Source: the human T2T-CHM13v2.0 reference genome, Homo sapiens
NCBI RefSeq assembly: GCF_009914755.1
Contig: NC_060944.1
DNA: 64,000 nucleotides
Strand: one strand, 5' to 3'
The notes beneath the pieces were generated by a model. The model saw only the letters and a list, made by a program, of their open reading frames with translations, was not told the origin of the DNA and made no database searches. The position numbers were made by a program, and so were the translations under genes. Below, piece after piece: positions 1 to 10,936 of this stretch. Positions within the stretch are counted from its first letter, which is position 1, and every line of letters begins with the position of its first letter.

Positions 1-186
1 GGAGCGCTTTCAGGCCTATGTTGAAAAAGGAAATATCTTCCCATAAAAACTAGACGGAAGCATTCTCAGAAACTTATTTGTGATGTGTTTGCTCAACTAA
101 CAGGATTGAACCATCGTTTTGAAGGAGCAGTTTTGAAACACTGTTTTCGTGGAATCTGCAAGTGGATATTTGGCTAGCTTTGAGGA

Positions 187-203
187 TTTCGTTGGAAACG
201 GGA
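187..203 (+). promoter_or_regulatory. CENP-B box (m1; representative of canonical boxes in m1, m5, m7, m9, m11 of each HOR)
   Basis: TTTCGTTGGAAACGGGA matches YTTCGTTGGAARCGGGA. Also at 867, 1205, 1543 and 1885 in HOR1, and at equivalent offsets in other units. Confidence 0.97.
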
Positions 204-524
204 TTACATATAAAAAGGAGACAGCAGCATTCTCAGAAACTTCTTTGTGATGTCTGCATTCAATTCACAGAGTTGAGCATTCCCTTTCATAGAGCAGGTT
301 GGAAACACTCTTTTTGTAGTATCTGGATGAGGACATTTGGAGCGCTTTCAGGCGTATGGTGAAAAAGGAAATATCTTCCCGTAAAAACTAGACAGAAGCA
401 TTCTCAGAAGTTTATTTGTGATGTGTGCCCTCAACTAACAGAGTTGAACCTTTCTTTTGATAGAGCAGTTTTGAAACACTCTTTTTGTAAAATCTGCAAG
501 AGGATATTTGGATAGCTTTGAGGA

Positions 525-541
525 TTTCGTTGCAAACGGGA
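525..541 (+). promoter_or_regulatory. CENP-B box variant in m3 (core intact)
   Basis: TTTCGTTGCAAACGGGA. The G>C change is at a non-core position and the NTTCGNNNNANNCGGGN core is kept. Present in all m3 copies read. Confidence 0.85.
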
Positions 542-1371
542 ATGGCTTCATATAAACTCTAGACAGAAGCATTCTCAGAAACTTCGTTGGGATGTTTCGA
601 TTGAAGTCCCAGTGTTGAACATTCCCTTTTATAGAGCAGGTTGGAAACACTCTTTCTGCATTCCCTGGAAGTGGACATTTGGAGCGCTTTCAGGACGACG
701 GTGAAAATGGAAATATCTTCCAAGAAAATCTAGATAGAAGCAATGTCAGAAACTTTTCTGTGATGGATCTACTCAGCTAACAGAGTTGAACCTTTCTTTT
801 GAGAGAGCAGTTTTGCAACACTCTTTTTGTGGAATATGCAAGTGGATATTAGGGCAGCTTTGAGGATTTCGTTGGAAACGGGAATACATGTAAAAAGCAG
901 ACAGCAGCATTCTCAGAAACTTCTTTGTGATGTTTGCATTGAAGTCACAGAGTTGAACATTCCCTTTGAGAGAGCAGGTTTGAAACACGCCTTTTGTCAT
1001 ATCTGGAAGTGTCCATTCGGAGCGCATTCAGGCTTGTGTTGAAAAAGGAAATATCCTCCCATAAAAACTAGACAGAAGCATTCTCAGAAACTTATCTGTG
1101 ATGTATGTACTCAACTAACAGAACTAAACCATCGTTTTGAAGGAGCAGTTTTGAAACACTCTTTTTGCGGAATCTGCAAGTGGATATTTGGCTAGCTGGG
1201 AGGATTTCGTTGGAAACGGGATTACATACAAAAAGCAGACAGCAGCATTCTCAGAAACTTCTTTGTGATGTTTGCATTCAAGTCACAGAGTTGAACATTC
1301 CCTTTCATAGAGCAGGTTTGAAACACTCTTTTTGTAGTATCTGGATGTGGACATTTGGATCGCTTTCAGGC

Positions 1372-1388
1372 CTATGGTGAAAAAGGAA
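1372..1388 (+). promoter_or_regulatory. pJ-alpha motif (A-box) in m8; degenerate versions in other even monomers
   Basis: CTATGGTGAAAAAGGAA is the reverse complement of the pJ-alpha consensus TTCCTTTTYCACCRTAG. It lies at the monomer position homologous to the CENP-B box. Confidence 0.75.
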
Positions 1389-2222
1389 ATATCTTCCCAT
1401 GAAAACTAGACAGAAGCATTCTCAGAAACTTATTTGTGATGTGTGCCCTCAACTGACAGTGTTGAACCTTTGTTTTGATAGAGCAGTTCTGAAACACACT
1501 TTTTGTAAAATCTGCAAGAGGATATTTGGATAGCTTTGAGGATTTCGTTGGAAACGGGAATGTCTTCATGTAAACTCTGGACAGAAGCATTCTCAGAAAC
1601 TGCTTTGGGATGTTTCAATTGAAGTCCCAGTGTTGAACATTCCCTTTCATAGAGCAGGTTTGAAACACTCTTTTTGTACTATCTGGAAGTGGACATTTGG
1701 AGCGCTTTCAGGTCTACGGTGAAAAAGGAGATATCTTCCAATAAAAACTAGATAGAAGCAATGTCAGAACTTTTTTCATGATATATCTACTCAGCAAACA
1801 GAGTTGAACCTTTCTTTTGAGAGAGCAGTTTTGAAACACTCTTTTTGTGGAATATGCAAGTGGGTATTAGGCCAGCTTGGAGGATTTCGTTGGAAACGGG
1901 AATACGTATAAAAAGCAGACAGCAGCATTGTCAGAAACTACTTTGTGATGTTTGCATTCAAGTCACAGAATTGAACACTCCCTTTCACAGAGCAGGTTTG
2001 AAACACTCTTTTTGTAGTGTCTGTAAGTGAACATTTGGATTGCTTTCAGGCCTAAGGTGAAAAAGGAAATATCTTCCCATAAAAACTAGACAGAAGCATT
2101 CTCAGAAACTTGTTTGTGATGTGTGCCCTCTACTGACAGAGTTGAACCTTTCTTTGCAAAGAGCAGTTTTGAAACACTCTTTTTGTAGAATCTGCAAGAG
2201 GATATTTGGATAGCTTTGAGGA

Positions 2223-2239
2223 TTTCTTGGGAAACGGGA
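2223..2239 (+). promoter_or_regulatory. Disrupted CENP-B box in m13
   Basis: TTTCTTGGGAAACGGGA: the core TTCG is changed to TTCT, losing the first CpG. The same allele is in all m13 copies read. Confidence 0.85.
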
Positions 2240-2564
2240 ATGTCTTCAGATAAACTCTAGACAGAAGCATTCTCAGAAACTTCTTTGGGATGTTTCAATT
2301 GAAGTCACAGTGTTGAACATTCCCTTTCACAGAGCAGGTTTGAAACACTCTTTTTGTAGTGTCTATAAGTGAACATTTGGCGTGCTTTCAGGCCTAACGT
2401 GAAAAAGGAAATATCTTCCCATAAAAACTAGACAGAAGCATTCTCAGAAACTTGTTCGTGATGTGTGCCCTCTACTGACAGAGTTGAACCTTTCTTTGCA
2501 AAGAGCAGCTTTGAAACACACTTTTTGTAGAATCTGCAAGAGGATATTTGGATAGCTTGGAGGA

Positions 2565-2581
2565 TTTCGTTGGAAACGGGT
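2565..2581 (+). promoter_or_regulatory. CENP-B box variant in m15 (core intact)
   Basis: TTTCGTTGGAAACGGGT differs only at the terminal non-core base. Confidence 0.85.
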
Positions 2582-5500
2582 ATGTCTTCAGATAAACTCT
2601 AGACAGAAGCATTCTCAGAAACTTCTTTGGGATGTTGCATTCAAGTCACAGAGTAGAACATTCCCATTCATAGAGCAGATTTGAAACACTCTTTTTGTAG
2701 TATCTGGAAGTGGACATTTGGAGCGCTTTCAGGCCTATGTTGAAAAAGGAAATATCTTCCCATAAAAACTAGACGGAAGCATTCTCAGAAACTTATTTGT
2801 GATGTGTTTGCTCAACTAACAGGATTGAACCATCGTTTTGAAGGAGCAGTTTTGAAACACTGTTTTCGTGGAATCTGCAAGTGGATATTTGGCTAGCTTT
2901 GAGGATTTCGTTGGAAACGGGATTACATATAAAAAGGAGACAGCAGCATTCTCAGAAACTTCTTTGTGATGTCTGCATTCAATTCACAGAGTTGAGCATT
3001 CCCTTTCATAGAGCAGGTTGGAAACACTCTTTTTGTAGTATCTGGATGAGGACATTTGGAGCGCTTTCAGGCGTATGGTGAAAAAGGAAATATCTTCCCG
3101 TAAAAACTAGACAGAAGCATTCTCAGAAGTTTATTTGTGATGTGTGCCCTCAACTAACAGAGTTGAACCTTTCTTTTGATAGAGCAGTTTTGAAACACTC
3201 TTTTTGTAAAATCTGCAAGAGGATATTTGGATAGCTTTGAGGATTTCGTTGCAAACGGGAATGGCTTCATATAAACTCTAGACAGAAGCATTCTCAGAAA
3301 CTTCGTTGGGATGTTTCGATTGAAGTCCCAGTGTTGAACATTCCCTTTTATAGAGCAGGTTGGAAACACTCTTTCTGCATTCCCTGGAAGTGGACATTTG
3401 GAGCGCTTTCAGGACGACGGTGAAAATGGAAATATCTTCCAAGAAAATCTAGATAGAAGCAATGTCAGAAACTTTTATGTGATGGATCTACTCAGCTAAC
3501 AGAGTTGAACCTTTCTTTTGAGAGAGCAGTTTTGCAACACTCTTTTTGTGGAATATGCAAGTGGATATTAGGGCAGCTTTGAGGATTTCGTTGGAAACGG
3601 GAATACATGTAAAAAGCAGACAGCAGCATTCTCAGAAACTTCTTTGTGATGTTTGCATTGAAGTCACAGAGTTGAACATTCCCTTTGAGAGAGCAGGTTT
3701 GAAACACGCCTTTTGTCATATCTGGAAGTGTCCATTCGGAGCGCATTCAGGCTTGTGTTGAAAAAGGAAATATCCTCCCAGAAAAACTAGACAGAAGCAT
3801 TCTCAGAAACTTATCTGTGATGTATGTACTCAACTAACAGAACTAAACCATCGTTTTGAAGGAGCAGTTTTGAAACACTCTTTTTGCGGAATCTGCAAGT
3901 GGATATTTGGCTAGCTGGGAGGATTTCGTTGGAAACGGGATTACATACAAAAAGCAGACAGCAGCATTCTCAGAAACTTCTTTGTGATGTTTGCATTCAA
4001 GTCACAGAGTTGAACATTCCCTTTCATAGAGCAGGTTTGAAACACTCTTTTTGTAGTATCTGGATGTGGACATTTGGATCGCTTTCAGGCCTATGGTGAA
4101 AAAGGAAATATCTTCCCATGAAAACTAGACAGAAGCATTCTCAGAAACTTATTTGTGATGTGTGCCCTCAACTGACAGTGTTGAACCTTTGTTTTGATAG
4201 AGCAGTTCTGAAACACACTTTTTGTAAAATCTGCAAGAGGATATTTGGATAGCTTTGAGGATTTCGTTCGAAACGGGAATGTCTTCATGTAAACTCTGGA
4301 CAGAAGCATTCTCAGAAACTGCTTTGGGATGTTTCAATTGAAGTCCCAGTGTTGAACATTCCCTTTCATAGAGCAGGTTTGAAACACTCTTTTTGTACTA
4401 TCTGGAAGTGGACATTTGGAGCGCTTTCAGGTCTACGGTGAAAAAGGAGATATCTTCCAATAAAAACTAGATAGAAGCAATGTCAGAACTTTTTTCATGA
4501 TGTATCTACTCAGCAAACAGAGTTGAACCTTTCTTTTGAGAGAGCAGTTTTGAAACACTCTTTTTGTGGAATATGCAAGTGGGTATTAGGCCAGCTTGGA
4601 GGATTTCGTTGGAAACGGGAATACGTATAAAAAGCAGACAGCAGCATTGTCAGAAACTACTTTGTGATGTTTGCATTCAAGTCACAGAATTGAACACTCC
4701 CTTTCACAGAGCAGGTTTGAAACACTCTTTTTGTAGTGTCTGTAAGTGAACATTTGGATTGCTTTCAGGTCTAAGGTGAAAAAGGAAATATCTTCCCATA
4801 AAAACTAGACAGAAGCATTCTCAGAAACTTGTTTGTGATGTGTGCCCTCTACTGACAGAGTTGAACCTTTCTTTGCAAAGAGCAGTTTTGAAACACTCTT
4901 TTTGTAGAATCTGCAAGAGGATATTTGGATAGCTTTGAGGATTTCTTGGGAAACGGGAATGTCTTCAGATAAACTCTAGACAGAAGCATTCTCAGAAACT
5001 TCTTTGGGATGTTTCAATTGAAGTCACAGTGTTGAACATTCCCTTTCACAGAGCAGGTTTGAAACACTCTTTTTGTAGTGTCTATAAGTGAACATTTGGC
5101 GTGCTTTCAGGCCTAACGTGAAAAAGGAAATATCTTCCCATAAAAACTAGACAGAAGCATTCTCAGAAACTTGTTCGTGATGTGTCCCCTCTACTGACAG
5201 AGTTGAACCTTTCTTTGCAAAGAGCAGCTTTGAAACACTCTTTTTGTAGAATCTGCAAGAGGATATTTGGACAGCTTGGAGGATTTCGTTGGAAACGGGT
5301 ATGTCTTCAGATAAACTCTAGACAGAAGCATTCTCAGAAACTTCTTTGGGATGTTGCATTCAAGTCACAGAGTAGAACATTCCCATTCATAGAGCAGATT
5401 TGAAACACTCTTTTTGTAGTATCTGGAAGTGGACATTTGGAGCGCTTTCAGGCCTATGTTGAAAAAGGAAATATCTTCCCATAAAAACTAGACGGAAGCA

Positions 5501-8500
5501 TTCTCAGAAACTTATTTGTGATGTGTTTGCTCAACTAACAGGATTGAACCATCGTTTTGAAGGAGCAGTTTTGAAACACTGTTTTCGTGGAATCTGCAAG
5601 TGGATATTTGGCTAGCTTTGAGGATTTCGTTGGAAACGGGATTACATATAAAAAGGAGACAGCAGCATTCTCAGAAACTTCTTTGTGATGTCTGCATTCA
5701 ATTCACAGAGTTGAGCATTCCCTTTCATAGAGCAGGTTGGAAACACTCTTTTTGTAGTATCTGGATGAGGACATTTGGAGCGCTTTCAGGCGTATGGTGA
5801 AAAAGGAAATATCTTCCCGTAAAAACTAGACAGAAGCATTCTCAGAAGTTTATTTGTGATGTGTGCCCTCAACTAACAGAGTTGAACCTTTCTTTTGATA
5901 GAGCAGTTTTGAAACACTCTTTTTGTAAAATCTGCAAGAGGATATTTGGATAGCTTTGAGGATTTCGTTGCAAACGGGAATGGCTTCATATAAACTCTAG
6001 ACAGAAGCATTCTCAGAAACTTCGTTGGGATGTTTCGATTGAAGTCCCAGTGTTGAACATTCCCTTTTATAGAGCAGGTTGGAAACACTCTTTCTGCATT
6101 CCCTGGAAGTGGACATTTGGAGCGCTTTCAGGACGACGGTGAAAATGGAAATATCTTCCAAGAAAATCTAGATAGAAGCAACGTCAGAAACTTTTATGTG
6201 ATGGATCTACTCAGCTAACAGAGTTGAACCTTTCTTTTGAGAGAGCAGTTTTGCAACACTCTTTTTGTGGAATATGCAAGTGGATATTAGGGCAGCTTTG
6301 AGGATTTCGTTGGAAACGGGAATACATGTAAAAAGCAGACAGCAGCATTCTCAGAAACTTCTTTGTGATGTTTGCATTGAAGTCACAGAGTTGAACATTC
6401 CCTTTGAGAGAGCAGGTTTGAAACACGCCTTTTGTCATATCTGGAAGTGTCCATTCGGAGCGCATTCAGGCTTGTGTTGAAAAAGGAAATATCCTCCCAG
6501 AAAAACTAGACAGAAGGATTCTCAGAAACTTATCTGTGATGTATGTACTCAACTAACAGAACTAAACCATCGTTTTGAAGGAGCAGTTTTGAAACACTCA
6601 TTTTGCGGAATCTGCAAGTGGATATTTGGCTAGCTGGGAGGATTTCGTTGGAAACGGGATTACATACAAAAAGCAGACAGCAGCATTCTCAGAAACTTCT
6701 TTGTGATGTTTGCATTCAAGTCACAGAGTTGAACATTCCCTTTCATAGAGCAGGTTTGAAACACTCTTTTTGTAGTATCTGGATGTGGACATTTGGATCG
6801 CTTTCAGGCCTATGGTGAAAAAGGAAATATCTTCCCATGAAAACTAGACAGAAGCATTCTCAGAAACTTATTTGTGATGTGTGCCCTCAACTGACAGTGT
6901 TGAACCTTTGTTTTGATAGAGCAGTTCTGAAACACACTTTTTGTAAAATCTGCAAGAGGATATTTGGATAGCTTTGAGGATTTCGTTGGAAACGGGAATG
7001 TCTTCATGTAAACTCTAGACAGAAGCATTCTCAGAAACTGCTTTGGGATGTTTCAATTGAAGTCCCAGTGTTGAACATTCCCTTTCATAGAGCAGGTTTG
7101 AAACACTCTTTTTGTACTATCTGGAAGTGGACATTTGGAGCGCTTTCAGGTCTACGGTGAAAAAGGAGATATCTTCCAATAAAAACTAGATAGAAGCAAT
7201 GTCAGAACTTTTTTCATGATGTATCTACTCAGCAAACAGAGTTGAACCTTTCTTTTGAGAGAGCAGTTTTGAAACACTCTTTTTGTGGAATATGCAAGTG
7301 GGTATTAGGCCAGCTTGGAGGATTTCGTTGGAAACGGGAATACGTATAAAAAGCAGACAGCAGCATTGTCAGAAACTACTTTGTGATGTTTGCATTCAAG
7401 TCACAGAATTGAACACTCCCTTTCACAGAGCAGGTTTGAAACACTCTTTTTGTAGTGTCTGTAAGTGAACATTTGGATTGCTTTCAGGCCTAAGGTGAAA
7501 AAGGAAATATCTTCCCATAAAAACTAGACAGAAGCATTCTCAGAAACTTGTTTGTGATGTGTGCCCTCTACTGACAGAGTTGAACCTTTCTTTGCAAAGA
7601 GCAGTTTTGAAACACCCTTTTTGTAGAATCTGCAAGAGGATATTTGGATAGCTTTGAGGATTTCTTGGGAAACGGGAATGTCTTCAGATAAACTCTAGAC
7701 AGAAGCATTCTCAGAAACTTCTTTGGGATGTTTCAATTGAAGTCACAGTGTTGAACATTCCCTTTCACAGAGCAGGTTTGAAACACTCTTTTTGTAGTGT
7801 CTATAAGTGAACATTTGGCGTGCTTTCAGGCGTAACGTGAAAAAGGAAATATCTTCCCATAAAAACTAGACAGAAGCATTCTCAGAAACTTGTTCGTGAT
7901 GTGTCCCCTCTACTGACAGAGTTGAACCTTTCTTTGCAAAGAGCAGCTTTGAAACACTCTTTTTGTAGAATCTGCAAGAGGATATTTGGACAGCTTGGAG
8001 GATTTCGTTGGAAACGGGTATGTCTTCAGATAAACTCTAGACAGAAGCATTCTCAGAAACTTCTTTGGGATGTTGCATTCAAGTCACAGAGTAGAACATT
8101 CCCATTCATAGAGCAGATTTGAAACACTCTTTTTGTAGTATCTGGAAGTGGACATTTGGAGCGCTTTCAGACCTATGTTGAAAAAGGAAATATCTTCCCA
8201 TAAAAACTAGACGGAAGCATTCTCAGAAACTTATTTGTGATGTGTTTGCTCAACTAACAGGATTGAACCATCGTTTTGAAGGAGCAGTTTTGAAACACTG
8301 TTTTCGTGGAATCTGCAAGTGGATATTTGGCTAGCTTTGAGGATTTCGTTGGAAACGGGATTACATATAAAAAGGAGACAGCAGCATTCTCAGAAACTTC
8401 TTTGTGATGTCTGCATTCAATTCACAGAGTTGAGCATTCCCTTTCATAGAGCAGGTTGGAAACACTCTTTTTGTAGTATCTGGATGAGGACATTTGGAGC

Positions 8501-10936
8501 GCTTTCAGGCGTATGGTGAAAAAGGAAATATCTTCCCGTAAAAACTAGACAGAAGCATTCTCAGAAGTTTATTTGTGATGTGTGCCCTCAACTAACAGAG
8601 TTGAACCTTTCTTTTGATAGAGCAGTTTTGAAACACTCTTTTTGTAAAATCTGCAAGAGGATATTTGGATAGCTTTGAGGATTTCGTTGCAAACGGGAAT
8701 GGCTTCATATAAACTCTAGACAGAAGCATTCTCAGAAACTTCGTTGGGATGTTTCGATTGAAGTCCCAGTGTTGAACATTCCCTTTTATAGAGCAGGTTG
8801 GAAACACTCTTTCTGCATTCCCTGGAAGTGGACATTTGGAGCGCTTTCAGGACGACGGTGAAAATGGAAATATCTTCCAAGAAAATCTAGATAGAAGCAA
8901 TGTCAGAAACTTTTATGTGATGGATCTACTCAGCTAACAGAGTTGAACCTTTCTTTTGAGAGAGCAGTTTTGCAACACTCTTTTTGTGGAATATGCAAGT
9001 GGATATTAGGGCAGCTTTGAGGATTTCGTTGGAAACGGGAATACATGTAAAAAGCAGACAGCAGCATTCTCAGAAACTTCTTTGTGATGTTTGCATTGAA
9101 GTCACAGAGTTGAACATTCCCTTTGAGAGAGCAGGTTTGAAACACGCCTTTTGTCATATCTGGAAGTGTCCATTCGGAGCGCATTCAGGCTTGTGTTGAA
9201 AAAGGAAATATCCTCCCATAAAAACTAGACAGAAGCATTCTCAGAAACTTATCTGTGATGTATGTACTCAACTAACAGAACTAAACCATCGTTTTGAAGG
9301 AGCAGTTTTGAAACACTCTTTTTGCGGAATCTGCAAGTGGATATTTGGCTAGCTGGGAGGATTTCGTTGGAAACGGGATTACATACAAAAAGCAGAGAGC
9401 AGCATTCTCAGAAACTTCTTTGTGATGTTTGCATTCAAGTCACAGAGTTGAACATTCCCTTTCATAGAGCAGGTTTGAAACACTCTTTTTGTAGTATCTG
9501 GATGTGGACATTTGGATCGCTTTCAGGCCTATGGTGAAAAAGGAAATATCTTCCCATGAAAACTAGACAGAAGCATTCTCAGAAACTTATTTGTGATGTG
9601 TGCCCTCAACTGACAGTGTTGAACCTTTGTTTTGATAGAGCAGTTCTGAAACACACTTTTTGTAAAATCTGCAAGAGGATATTTGGGTAGCTTTGAGGAT
9701 TTCGTTGGAAACGGGAATGTCTTCATGTAAACTCTGGACAGAAGCATTCTCAGAAACTGCTTTGGGATGTTTCAATTGAAGTCCCAGTGTTGAACATTCC
9801 CTTTCATAGAGCAGGTTTGAAACACTCTTTTTGTACTATCTGGAAGTGGACATTTGGAGCGCTTTCAGGTCTACGGTGAAAAAGGAGATATCTTCCAATA
9901 AAAACTAGATAGAAGCAATGTCAGAACTTTTTTCATGATGTATCTACTCAGCAAACAGAGTTGAACCTTTCTTTTGAGAGAGCAGTTTTGAAACACTCTT
10001 TTTGTGGAATATGCAAGTGGGTATTAGGCCAGCTTGGAGGATTTCGTTGGAAACGGGAATACGTATAAAAAGCAGACAGCAGCATTGTCAGAAACTACTT
10101 TGTGATGTTTGCATTCAAGTCACAGAATTGAACACTCCCTTTCACAGAGCAGGTTTGAAACACTCTTTTTGTAGTGTCTGTAAGTGAACATTTGGATTGC
10201 TTTCAGGCCTAAGGTGAAAAAGGAAATATCTTCCCATAAAAACTAGACAGAAGCATTCTCAGAAACTTGTTTGTGATGTGTGCCCTCTACTGACAGAGTT
10301 GAACCTTTCTTTGCAAAGAGCAGTTTTGAAACACTCTTTTTGTAGAATCTGCAAGAGGATATTTGGATAGCTTTGAGGATTTCTTGGGAAACGGGAATGT
10401 CTTCAGATAAACTCTAGACAGAAGCATTCTCAGAAACTTCTTTGGGATGTTTCAATTGAAGTCACAGTGTTGAACATTCCCTTTCACAGAGCAGGTTTGA
10501 AACACTCTTTTTGTAGTGTCTATAAGTGAACATTTGGCGTGCTTTCAGGCCTAACGTGAAAAAGGAAATATCTTCCCATAAAAACTAGACAGAAGCATTC
10601 TCAGAAACTTGTTCGTGATGTGTGCCCTCTACTGACAGAGTTGAACCTTTCTTTGCAAAGAGCAGCTTTGAAACACACTTTTTGTAGAATCTGCAAGAGG
10701 ATATTTGGATAGCTTGGAGGATTTCGTTGGAAACGGGTATGTCTTCAGATAAACTCTAGACAGAAGCATTCTCAGAAACTTCTTTGGGATGTTGCATTCA
10801 AGTCACAGAGTAGAACATTCCCATTCATAGAGCAGATTTGAAACACTCTTTTTGTAGTATCTGGAAGTGGACATTTGGAGCGCTTTCAGGCCTATGTTGA
10901 AAAAGGAAATATCTTCCAATAAAAACTAGACGGAAG

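Larger units (their letters stand above)
61..2779 (+). repeat. D20Z2: Canonical 16-monomer HOR unit (reference copy, HOR1); most likely human chr20 D20Z2 (S2C20H1L)
   Basis: Monomer starts m1-m16: 61, 228, 399, 570, 741, 908, 1079, 1246, 1417, 1588, 1759, 1926, 2097, 2268, 2439, 2610. Lengths 4x167 (m1, m5, m7, m11) + 11x171 + 170 (m16) = 2,719. The strict A/B alternation argues against the pentameric SF3 16-mer D17Z1. The chromosome assignment is from recalled knowledge of SF2 HOR sizes, not a database search. Confidence 0.8.

Noticed and set aside
582-598. CTTCGTTGG near the start of m4, resembling a second CENP-B box
   Set aside because: CTTCGTTGGGATGTTTC lacks the core A at position 10 and the CGGG, so only the 5' half matches.
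61-2779. Assignment to D17Z1 (also a ~2.7-kb 16-mer)
   Set aside because: D17Z1 is pentameric SF3, whereas this unit shows strict A/B dimer alternation with SF2-like monomers.
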